From Chloracidobacterium sp. (GTDB lineage: Bacteria > Acidobacteriota > Blastocatellia > Pyrinomonadales > Pyrinomonadaceae): DNA of 64,000 bases. The stretch's first letter is position 1. The number at the start of each line of letters is the position of its first letter. Shown in pieces: positions 44,248 through 53,579 of the stretch. Made by a program: the position numbers and the translations under genes. The DNA is taken from NCBI GenBank assembly GCA_043748725.1, contig JAYVER010000226.1, positions 8,922 to 72,921 on the forward strand. The letters are read 5' to 3'. The notes under the pieces are model-generated. The model saw only the letters and a list, made by a program, of their open reading frames with translations, was not told the DNA's origin and searched no databases.

Positions 44248-45213
44248 TTAGTACAAGAGAGACAAAAACTTATTAACGAAAAAATCATTCTGCTTTCCAT
44301 CGACAGCAATAACTTTTTTGTCCTTAAAGTCAGCCAGGCTAAAATGATGTCCCCCACATGAATTCCAGGTTTCATCAAGTGCGAAATAATCATCAACTAT
44401 TATCTCTTCGTCGTATTCTGTCTCGGATAGTTTATTTATCCTCAGGGCGCTGATATTTTTACCGTATTCGGCAGAACTGTCCTGAGAAATGCGGTACATC
44501 TCGCCGTTAACCATGATCGGGCCGCCGCCGCACCTGCTGTATTTCGGGCTCGTTGTGATCGGATTCATTGGATGTGCTGTCAACTTGCCGTGTCTGATAT
44601 TGTCAGTGAAAAAGACCTCAAACCCCCGTTCGGACGAAGTGAACAAAAACCATTTTCCGTTATGTTTTATCAATGAGGAATCTTTATATTGGCCCTCTAG
44701 CAGCACCCTGACTTTTTTGGGTTTATGGGGGAATGCTTCAAATTCATACAGAGATATTTCATTCTTCTCAAGCGATTCGGGTATTAGAAAAATTGACGAG
44801 TCCGATTCGAACACGAAAGGATATGACAGATGCCAAGCTTCTTTAAGAATTTCACCGACATATTCAAAATTAACAAGGTCTGAGGTTTTAACGGCCTCGA
44901 TCTTGCCTTTTTCGAAAGCAGTCTGCGACTCGAAAAACAAAAATAATTCGCTGTTTTGCGAAAACAGAAACGGGTCGGCATAAGTGTGCAGATGCTTCCG
45001 ACCCTTTCTTAATTTTTTTGAGTTAAAGACAGTAACCGGGGAATGAATCTTGTTCTGAAATGAAAAATCCAGCTTTTCGACGTAAACAGCGACGTTCCAA
45101 ATTCGATTTCGCTTGAACTTTTGGAGAATATTGAACATTGTCTTGAGCTTAATACTTAATTCCCCGTAGATGTTTTTTATTCCCCACGGACGTTTTTTCT
45201 TCCCGAAAATCAC
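44248..45213 (-). CDS. hypothetical protein (possible beta-propeller, GINT1/GH43-like; tentative)
   Basis: YADPFLF ... HLSYPFVF ... LIPES motifs are recalled from that family. The gene is AT-rich. Confidence 0.35.
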   Translation of the reverse strand: MIFGKKKRPWGIKNIYGELSIKLKTMFNILQKFKRNRIWNVAVYVEKLDFSFQNKIHSPVTVFNSKKLRKGRKHLHTYADPFLFSQNSELFLFFESQTAFEKGKIEAVKTSDLVNFEYVGEILKEAWHLSYPFVFESDSSIFLIPESLEKNEISLYEFEAFPHKPKKVRVLLEGQYKDSSLIKHNGKWFLFTSSERGFEVFFTDNIRHGKLTAHPMNPITTSPKYSRCGGGPIMVNGEMYRISQDSSAEYGKNISALRINKLSETEYDEEIIVDDYFALDETWNSCGGHHFSLADFKDKKVIAVDGKQNDFFVNKFLSLLY

Positions 45214-45340
45214 AAATGACGGAACTGATAGCCCGTTCGCCGAACCAAAAAAATTAACAATATGAGGTTTTGCAAGTGTAATGGGGTTTGGCCCGCTATG
45301 TCAAACAATTATGGGAGTAAAACATTATTAACCTTAGAGG

Positions 45341-45373
45341 TGTTCCAGTGTTCCGGAACGGAACATTGGAACA
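45341..45373. repeat. 15-bp-arm hairpin (TGTTCCAGTGTTCCG-gaa-CGGAACATTGGAACA) built from GTTCC/GGAAC words
   Basis: Read directly. It lies 9 nt downstream of the thiC stop and has one mismatch. Confidence 0.85.
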
Positions 45374-45381
45374 AAGGTTGG

Positions 45382-47510
<2,129 letters not shown>

Positions 47511-47676
47511 TATTGCTCCTAAATTGTAAGACAAAATTAACTAATCTACGAATATGCTGCCGGTTTAAGGATATTTTTATTTTTTTGTCAGCATTCTATG
47601 CAACTCTTTAATAAAGGCGCTATACTAACAATAAAGTATGTTTACCATTAATTAAAGATTTATAACAAGGTTTAAT

Positions 47677-48246
47677 ATGCGGAATTTAATTATCGGAATA
47701 ATAGCGGTTATCGTGCTGGATATTGGGTTTGTGACGTACGTGAAAAACGACAATGCGGCTGATACAACGTCAGCGGTAGTTAATACCGATGAGAATGAAA
47801 CCAACCTGGCCTTCGATTCAGCTAGTGATTTGACCGAAACGCCGGAGCTTGCGGAGCCCGAATCGCTTCCCGAAAGTACCAAAGCCATATCAAAACGTCC
47901 GGAGATCGCTGCATTGAACTTTCCGGAAAGGCGAAAAGGGAGAGCGGAATATGGCCTGCGCACGGTCAAGAAAGATCGGAGGCTGCCGGCTCGGGGCGGT
48001 TTGCACCAATCGCCCGATATCTATGCTCTGCTAAAGCCAATCAAGATAGAAATTCCAAAGGCAGACAGCGGCGTAAAAGTCAAAAAAGAACCCGCCGAAA
48101 CGCTCGTCGAGCGTCCGGCTGACATTTCGGAGTATCCGGCGAAAGATACACCAAAACCCGACAACAAGTCGTTCGTTGCCAGCGTCCTGCCGGTAATCAA
48201 AAAACCATGGGATTGGATAAGGGCGATAGGGTCTAAGCTCAAATAG
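47677..48246 (+). CDS. hypothetical membrane-anchored, low-complexity protein
   Basis: ORF with an N-terminal TM segment; no family was recognised. Confidence 0.4.
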   Translation: MRNLIIGIIAVIVLDIGFVTYVKNDNAADTTSAVVNTDENETNLAFDSASDLTETPELAEPESLPESTKAISKRPEIAALNFPERRKGRAEYGLRTVKKDRRLPARGGLHQSPDIYALLKPIKIEIPKADSGVKVKKEPAETLVERPADISEYPAKDTPKPDNKSFVASVLPVIKKPWDWIRAIGSKLK

Positions 48247-48348
48247 GACTTCACCGACCCGGATCTCAAAGCGTTTGCGGCTAAGACCCTGCCGATTTTG
48301 AAAAAACATCTCGACGCAATCAAGGCCATCCAGGCGAAAATGAAATAA
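48247..48348 (+). pseudogene. relic C-terminal fragment of a DUF4142-like gene
   Basis: DFTDPDLKAFAAKTLPILKKHLDAIKAIQAKMK* follows the TAG of the preceding ORF in the same frame. Confidence 0.45.
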
Positions 48349-48420
48349 TTGGGAATAACATGGATCACGGGGCAATCGGCGAGCCGAAACATTGGCATAC
48401 AGACCGCATATTAGAATAAT

Positions 48421-49590
48421 ATGCCGTATATGATAAATCGGCTTGTACTTTTATTCGCGATACTCGCTGCACTCGCCGCCGGCGGATGCGGCCAGCAGAA
48501 AACTGTTGCCGACAACGCTGTTTTCTCAACCGGCAAAGGCGATGTAAAGTTTCGCGTCGAGACCGTCGCCACGGGCCTCGAAGTGCCGTGGGGCTTCGCT
48601 TGGCTGCCGAATAAGAATCTGCTCGTTACCGAACGGCCCGGCCGCGTGCGGATCATCGAGAACGGCAAATTGCGGGCAGAGCCAGTTTTCACCGTGCCGG
48701 ACGTCGAGCCAACGGGCGAGAGCGGGCTGATGGACATATCGCTCCATCCTGATTTTGCCAAAAACGGCTTTATTTATCTTGCGTATTCCTACAACAAGGA
48801 CGGCAAACACGTTAAGGTCGTCCGGTACAAATACGCCGACGGCAAATTCACTGAACCGACAACTATCGTTGACAACATTCCGGGAACAGCGCTTCATTCC
48901 GGCATGAGGTGCCGTTTCGGACCGGACGGCAAGCTGTATGTCACAACCGGCGATTCGACCGATTGGAATCTTGCACAAAAAACGGACTCGCTCGCGGGCA
49001 AAACTCTTCGTTTAAATGACGACGGCACTATCCCGGCGGATAATCCGTTTGTCGGCAAGCCTGGCTACCGGCCGGAGATCTGGACGTATGGCAACCGCAA
49101 TTCGCAGGGCATCGCGTGGCAGCCGGGGACGAACACGCAGTTTGAGACAGAGCACGGACCGAGCTTTTTTGAGGGACGCGGCGGCGGCGGCGACGAAGTC
49201 AACATCCTCGAAGCCGGCAACAATTATGGTTGGCCGGAGATACACCACACACAGACCCGTGAGGGGATGGTCTCGCCGCTGCTCGAATATACCCCTGCCT
49301 GCGCACCCGGAAGCGCGATGTTTTACAACGGCTCGGTGTTCCCGGCATTCAAAGGCAATTTCTTTTTCGGCTGTCTGGTCGGTAAGCGGATAATCCGCGT
49401 CGTACTTGACGGACGTAAAGTAGTCAGTCAGGAGAATTTACTCGAAGGCACCTATGGCCGCATACGCGAGATGGAACAGGGTCCGGACGGCTACATCTAT
49501 TTCGCAACCTCAAACCGCGACGGACGCGGTTCACCGACTAAAGACGACGACCGAATTTTGCGGCTGATACCCGACACGCAGAAACTCTAA
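48421..49590 (+). CDS. PQQ-dependent sugar dehydrogenase (soluble aldose/sorbosone dehydrogenase family) lipoprotein
   Basis: Lipobox LAAGGC. GSDH-type motifs are present (LHSGMRCRFGPDGKLYVTTGD, GNRNSQG). Confidence 0.88.
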   Translation: MPYMINRLVLLFAILAALAAGGCGQQKTVADNAVFSTGKGDVKFRVETVATGLEVPWGFAWLPNKNLLVTERPGRVRIIENGKLRAEPVFTVPDVEPTGESGLMDISLHPDFAKNGFIYLAYSYNKDGKHVKVVRYKYADGKFTEPTTIVDNIPGTALHSGMRCRFGPDGKLYVTTGDSTDWNLAQKTDSLAGKTLRLNDDGTIPADNPFVGKPGYRPEIWTYGNRNSQGIAWQPGTNTQFETEHGPSFFEGRGGGGDEVNILEAGNNYGWPEIHHTQTREGMVSPLLEYTPACAPGSAMFYNGSVFPAFKGNFFFGCLVGKRIIRVVLDGRKVVSQENLLEGTYGRIREMEQGPDGYIYFATSNRDGRGSPTKDDDRILRLIPDTQKL

Positions 49591-49611
49591 CGGGAGTAAG
49601 TGTCTTTTTCG

Positions 49612-49704
49612 CTCAGCGCTCTCAGCGTCCACCTCCATGTCCTCCGCGTTAAAAAAAATTTTAAACGCAGAGCCCGCTAGAGACTACCGCAGAGTTTCGC
49701 GGAG
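49612..49704. repeat. inverted pair of 9-11-bp-phased arrays (CTCAGCG/CTCCGCG words, then CGCAGAG/CGCGGAG words)
   Basis: The left array starts at 49612, 49621, 49632 and 49642. The right array starts at 49666, 49675, 49688 and 49698. It lies between convergent genes. Confidence 0.85.
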
Positions 49705-49716
49705 AAAGCCAAAACA

Positions 49717-50586
49717 TTATTTTTCGCTCTCAAGTATCTTCTTCGCTTCCAACAGCTCCGTCTTGTGAGCGTCGGTCACGGTCGGGTATTTGAGCTTGAG
49801 CGATTCCATTTTCTGAACGATGATCTCGGAAACCGCGAGACGCGTGAACCATTTCTTGTCGGCGGGGATGATAAACCATGGCGATCGGTCGGTTGAGGTT
49901 CCTTCCATTGCGTCTTCATAGGCCTTCATGTAATCGGGCCAGAGAGCACGTTCCTTTGAGTCGCCGGTGTTGAACTTCCAGTTCTTGGCAGGCTGCTCGA
50001 TGCGGTCTAGGAAACGTTTTTTCTGCTCATCGAGCGAGACGTTGAAAAAAAATTTCAGGACGTGCGTGCCGTTATAATCGAGCATGTCTTCCCAATCGCG
50101 TATCTGCTTATACCGCTTTTTCCAGATATTTTTATCATTTTTTACACTGTCGGGAAGCGGCTGGCTCTGCAAAATGTTTGGATGCACGCGGACGATGAGC
50201 ACCTCTTCGTAATGCGAGCGGTTAAAAATGCCGATGCGTCCGCGTTCCGGCAGAGCCTTTTGCGAACGCCATAGAAAATCATGCTCAAGCTCCTCGGCCG
50301 ACGGCTGCTTGAACGAAGTGACCTGGCACCCTTGGGGATTTATACCGCTCATGACGTGTTTTATCACGCTGTCCTTGCCGGCGGCGTCCATCGCTTGAAA
50401 AATTAGCAGAAGTGAGTGAACATTCTCTGCGTACAGCACGTCCTGGAGCTCGGCGAGACGCAGAACGTTTTTTTCGAGGTCATTGACCGCTTCTTTCTTA
50501 TCGTTAAATCCGTCGGTAAAATCCGTCGGATAATTTTTGAGGTTTACTTTGGAGCCCTCGGCTACGCGAAATTTGTCGATCTTCAT
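49717..50586 (-). CDS. ppk2: polyphosphate kinase 2 family protein
   Basis: IFQAMDAAGKDS (Walker A-like) and the PPK2 layout. Confidence 0.92.
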   Translation of the reverse strand: MKIDKFRVAEGSKVNLKNYPTDFTDGFNDKKEAVNDLEKNVLRLAELQDVLYAENVHSLLLIFQAMDAAGKDSVIKHVMSGINPQGCQVTSFKQPSAEELEHDFLWRSQKALPERGRIGIFNRSHYEEVLIVRVHPNILQSQPLPDSVKNDKNIWKKRYKQIRDWEDMLDYNGTHVLKFFFNVSLDEQKKRFLDRIEQPAKNWKFNTGDSKERALWPDYMKAYEDAMEGTSTDRSPWFIIPADKKWFTRLAVSEIIVQKMESLKLKYPTVTDAHKTELLEAKKILESEK

Positions 50587-50597
50587 AATATTTTTGC

Positions 50598-50622
50598 CAC
50601 GAATTACACGAATAACACGAAT
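50598..50622. repeat. CACGAAT x3 at a 9-bp period
   Basis: Starts at 50598, 50607 and 50616, within the 39-bp spacer between divergent start codons. Confidence 0.9.
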
Positions 50623-50625
50623 TAT

Positions 50626-51807
50626 ATGAAAAGGCTATTGTTTTTAACGATTATTCTGCTTCCGGTTTTTGTGTTCGCGCAGCCAAAACTTGTGCCGAAC
50701 AAGATCAGGTTAAAGAGCGGCAAAACATTTAACCTCAATCTGCCGTCTGAATTTGAGATCATGCCGGCGGTCGAAGGGCTGAAACGGGTGCGGTTTTTTG
50801 CCAAATCGCCGGACGGCCGTGTCTTTGTTACGGATATGTATAACCTGACGGACAATAAACGCGGGGTCGTGTACATTCTCGACGGTTTTGATGCAGTTAC
50901 GGGCAAGTTTGCCAAGATCATTCCGTACATGACCAATCTCAAAAATCCGAACAGCGTCCAATTTTACCGCGACGCAAACGGCCAGGATTGGTTCTATCTC
51001 GCGGAAACGGACAAGCTGACGCGGCGAAAATTTACCCTCGGCGAGACCAAGCCGACCGACCACGCTCCGCAGACGCTAGCAACTTTTCCGGATTACGGCC
51101 TGAGCTACAAATACGGCGGCTGGCACCTCACGCGGACGATTGCCTTTGCCCCGAACGGCAAACTTTACGTCTCGGTCGGGTCGAGCTGTAACGCCTGCGT
51201 CGAAAAAGAAAAAGTGCGGGCAAGCGTGATCGAAATGAACCCGGACGGCAGCGGCCAACACGAATTTGCGAGAGGATTGCGTAATGCCGTCGGGCTGAAA
51301 TGGATCGGTAACTTCCTGTGGGCTTCGGGTCAGGGTGCCGATCATTTGGGTCTGCAAAAGCCGGACGAGACGTTTTACGCGTTGAAGGATGGGATCGATT
51401 ACGGCTGGCCGTATTGCTATTCTGCGTTGGGCAAGATCATCGCCGACCCCGCATATCGCCGACCCGAAGGCTGTAAAAATGTAGCCGCTCCATACGCCTT
51501 CTTCCCCGCCCATGCTTCGGCACTCGGCTTTGATTATTTTGACGACGCTGACTCATCCGGCACGATCAAAGACGCATTCCTCGTCGCGCTCCACGGCTCG
51601 ACCAACAAAGCGATAGGCCACGGCTACAAGATCGTCATTATGCGAAAAGGCGAGAGGCTCCAAGATTTTATAAGCGGCTTTTTGCAAGGCTCAACGGTCG
51701 TCGGCAGGCCGTGCGACATCATGAAACTCGACGCTAATTCATTCATGTTTACGGATGATTATTCGGGCATTGTCTATCTCGTCCGGAGACGAGTCGGGAG
51801 AGTCTAG
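50626..51807 (+). CDS. sorbosone/glucose dehydrogenase-like beta-propeller protein (secreted)
   Basis: Signal peptide MKRLLFLTIILLPVFVFAQ and FAPNGKLYVSVGSSCNAC. The start was set at ATG 50626. Confidence 0.78.
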   Translation: MKRLLFLTIILLPVFVFAQPKLVPNKIRLKSGKTFNLNLPSEFEIMPAVEGLKRVRFFAKSPDGRVFVTDMYNLTDNKRGVVYILDGFDAVTGKFAKIIPYMTNLKNPNSVQFYRDANGQDWFYLAETDKLTRRKFTLGETKPTDHAPQTLATFPDYGLSYKYGGWHLTRTIAFAPNGKLYVSVGSSCNACVEKEKVRASVIEMNPDGSGQHEFARGLRNAVGLKWIGNFLWASGQGADHLGLQKPDETFYALKDGIDYGWPYCYSALGKIIADPAYRRPEGCKNVAAPYAFFPAHASALGFDYFDDADSSGTIKDAFLVALHGSTNKAIGHGYKIVIMRKGERLQDFISGFLQGSTVVGRPCDIMKLDANSFMFTDDYSGIVYLVRRRVGRV

Positions 51808-51831
51808 AGCGTCTAGTGAGTCTTGAGAGTC
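51791..51831. repeat. GAGTC-word array, five units at an exact 9-bp period
   Basis: GAGTC starts at 51791, 51800, 51818 and 51827, with GCGTC at 51809. The first two units lie inside the last codons of the upstream gene. Confidence 0.92.
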
Positions 51832-51868
51832 AAAAAAAGACTTACTCACGAAAATTGAGGGAAACTTA

Positions 51869-52231
51869 ATGGCAACGTTCAAAAAATTCGAAGACATTTT
51901 GGGATGGAAAAAAGCTCATGAAACCACGAATTATGTCTATATAGTTACTGGCGAAGGATCATTTTCGAAAGATTTCGGCCTTCGCGATCAATTACGGCGT
52001 GCAAGTGTTTCCATAATGGCCAACATCGCCGAAGGTTTTGGTCGTCGGTCGGACAAGGAGTTTGCTAATTTTCTAAATATGGCCCACGGATCTGCGGCTG
52101 AATGCCAGTCACATTTATATATTGCTCTTGACTTTCATTATTTAACCCAACCACAATTCGACCAACTTTATGCGGCGTTCGGCGAATGTTCAAAAATGGT
52201 TATTGGTCTCAGCCATCATTTGCGTAAATAA
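51869..52231 (+). CDS. four-helix-bundle protein (23S rRNA intervening-sequence protein family, TIGR02436-like)
   Basis: QLRRASVSIMANIAEGFGRRSDKEFANFLNMAHGSAAECQSHL is the hallmark motif. Confidence 0.88.
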   Translation: MATFKKFEDILGWKKAHETTNYVYIVTGEGSFSKDFGLRDQLRRASVSIMANIAEGFGRRSDKEFANFLNMAHGSAAECQSHLYIALDFHYLTQPQFDQLYAAFGECSKMVIGLSHHLRK

Positions 52232-52251
52232 ACCCACCCAATATGCTCTTT

Positions 52252-52328
52252 GACTCTTCTGACTCACAAGACTTTCGAGACTTACATGACTCTCTGGACT
52301 TGCCAGACTCTCAAGACTCGCTAGACTA
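52252..52328. repeat. GACT(C)-word array, nine units at an exact 9-bp period (inverse of the 51791-51831 array)
   Basis: GACT starts at 52252, 52261, 52270, 52279, 52288, 52297, 52306, 52315 and 52324. The array ends 8 nt before the bshA ATG. Confidence 0.95.
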
Positions 52329-52335
52329 GAAACTA

Positions 52336-53478
52336 ATGAATATTGGCATCACTGTTTATCCGACATACGGCGGCAGCGGAATTGTTGGCTCCGAGCTGGG
52401 CCGGGACTTGGCTGAACGTGGCCACAACGTCCATTTTATCTCGTCATTTTTGCCGACGCGGCTTACGGAGTTGAACGAGCGGATACATTTTCACGAGGTG
52501 GAAATGATGTCGTATCCGCTGTTTGAGCATCAGCCGTATGATCTCGCTCTGGCGACAAAAATGGCGACCGTCGCCCGGGCCGAAAAGCTCGATCTTTTTC
52601 ACGTCCATTACGCGATCCCGCATTCGATCAGCGCGATCCTGGCGCGGGAATCTATCAAGCAAAAACGATATGTGCCGGTAATTACGACGCTTCACGGCAC
52701 CGATATCACGCTGGTCGGCGCCGACCGCTCGTATTTGCCGATCACTCGTTACGGTCTGCAGCAATCGGATGGCGTGACGGCCGTGTCGAAGTTTTTAAAG
52801 CAGGCGACGATCGAGACGTTTGATTTCGACGAGATCGAAGTGATTCCCAATTTTATTTGTCCGACTCACTATAAACGTCTTCCTGACTCGCCTTTGCGGG
52901 CCGAATTAGCTCCGAATGGAGAACGGCTTTTAACCCACGTTTCCAATTTCCGCCCGGTAAAACGCCCCGCCGATTGCGTTGAGATCCTCGCAAAGGTTAG
53001 GGCTGGCGGCGAAAACGCACGGCTGGTGATGGTCGGTGACGGGCCGGAATTATCCGCAGTCCGCTACCGTGCCGAACAGATCGGCGTGATCGACGATTGC
53101 ATTTTTGTCGGCAAACAGGCGAATATTGCCGACTATCTTGGCGTTGCCGATGTTTTTTTGCTGCCGTCCGAACTGGAATCGTTCGGCCTTGCCGCTTTAG
53201 AGGCACAAGCGTGCGAAGTGCCGGTCATAGCGACTCGTATAGGCGGCATCCCTGAAGTTGTTAATGAAGGCGAGAGCGGCTTTTTAAGCGACGTTGGCGA
53301 TATTGAAAAAATGAGTATTGATACACTGCGGTTGCTTGGCGACGAGCAACTGCGGCGTGCCTTTGGCGAACGAGGCCGTGAACTTGCCATCCAGCGATAT
53401 TCGACCGGACAGATCATCCCGCAATACATCGCTTTTTACGAAAAGGTAGTGCAAAAGGCCAAATCCGCAACCGCGTGA
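52336..53478 (+). CDS. bshA: N-acetyl-alpha-D-glucosaminyl L-malate synthase BshA (bacillithiol biosynthesis GT4)
   Basis: The start MNIGITVYPTYGGSGIVGSELGRDLAERGHNVHFI is characteristic of BshA. Confidence 0.88.
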   Translation: MNIGITVYPTYGGSGIVGSELGRDLAERGHNVHFISSFLPTRLTELNERIHFHEVEMMSYPLFEHQPYDLALATKMATVARAEKLDLFHVHYAIPHSISAILARESIKQKRYVPVITTLHGTDITLVGADRSYLPITRYGLQQSDGVTAVSKFLKQATIETFDFDEIEVIPNFICPTHYKRLPDSPLRAELAPNGERLLTHVSNFRPVKRPADCVEILAKVRAGGENARLVMVGDGPELSAVRYRAEQIGVIDDCIFVGKQANIADYLGVADVFLLPSELESFGLAALEAQACEVPVIATRIGGIPEVVNEGESGFLSDVGDIEKMSIDTLRLLGDEQLRRAFGERGRELAIQRYSTGQIIPQYIAFYEKVVQKAKSATA

Positions 53479-53487
53479 GAGGAGAGA

Positions 53488-53564
53488 AACAACGGATTAA
53501 CCCGGATTTACGCCGATTAAATTCCTATTTCTTAATCCGTGTAAATCCGCGTCAATCCGTTGTT
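53488..53564. repeat. 33-nt-arm imperfect palindrome made of 10-bp-phased GGATT / AATCC words
   Basis: aacaacggattaacccggatttacgccgattaa ... ttaatccgtgtaaatccgcgtcaatccgttgtt. Confidence 0.92.
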
Positions 53565-53579
53565 AACCTATATTGAATT

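Noticed and set aside
47652-48398. Minus-strand ORFs (47652-47969, 48021-48398, 48031-48375) opposite the 189-aa hypothetical gene
   Set aside because: There is no support for them. The plus-strand ORF is itself weak, so the region is reported at low confidence only once.
52252-52328. The phased arrays considered as a CRISPR array
   Set aside because: The units are only 7-10 bp, with no 25-40-bp repeats or unique spacers. No cas genes are in the window, and the arrays occur as inverted pairs.
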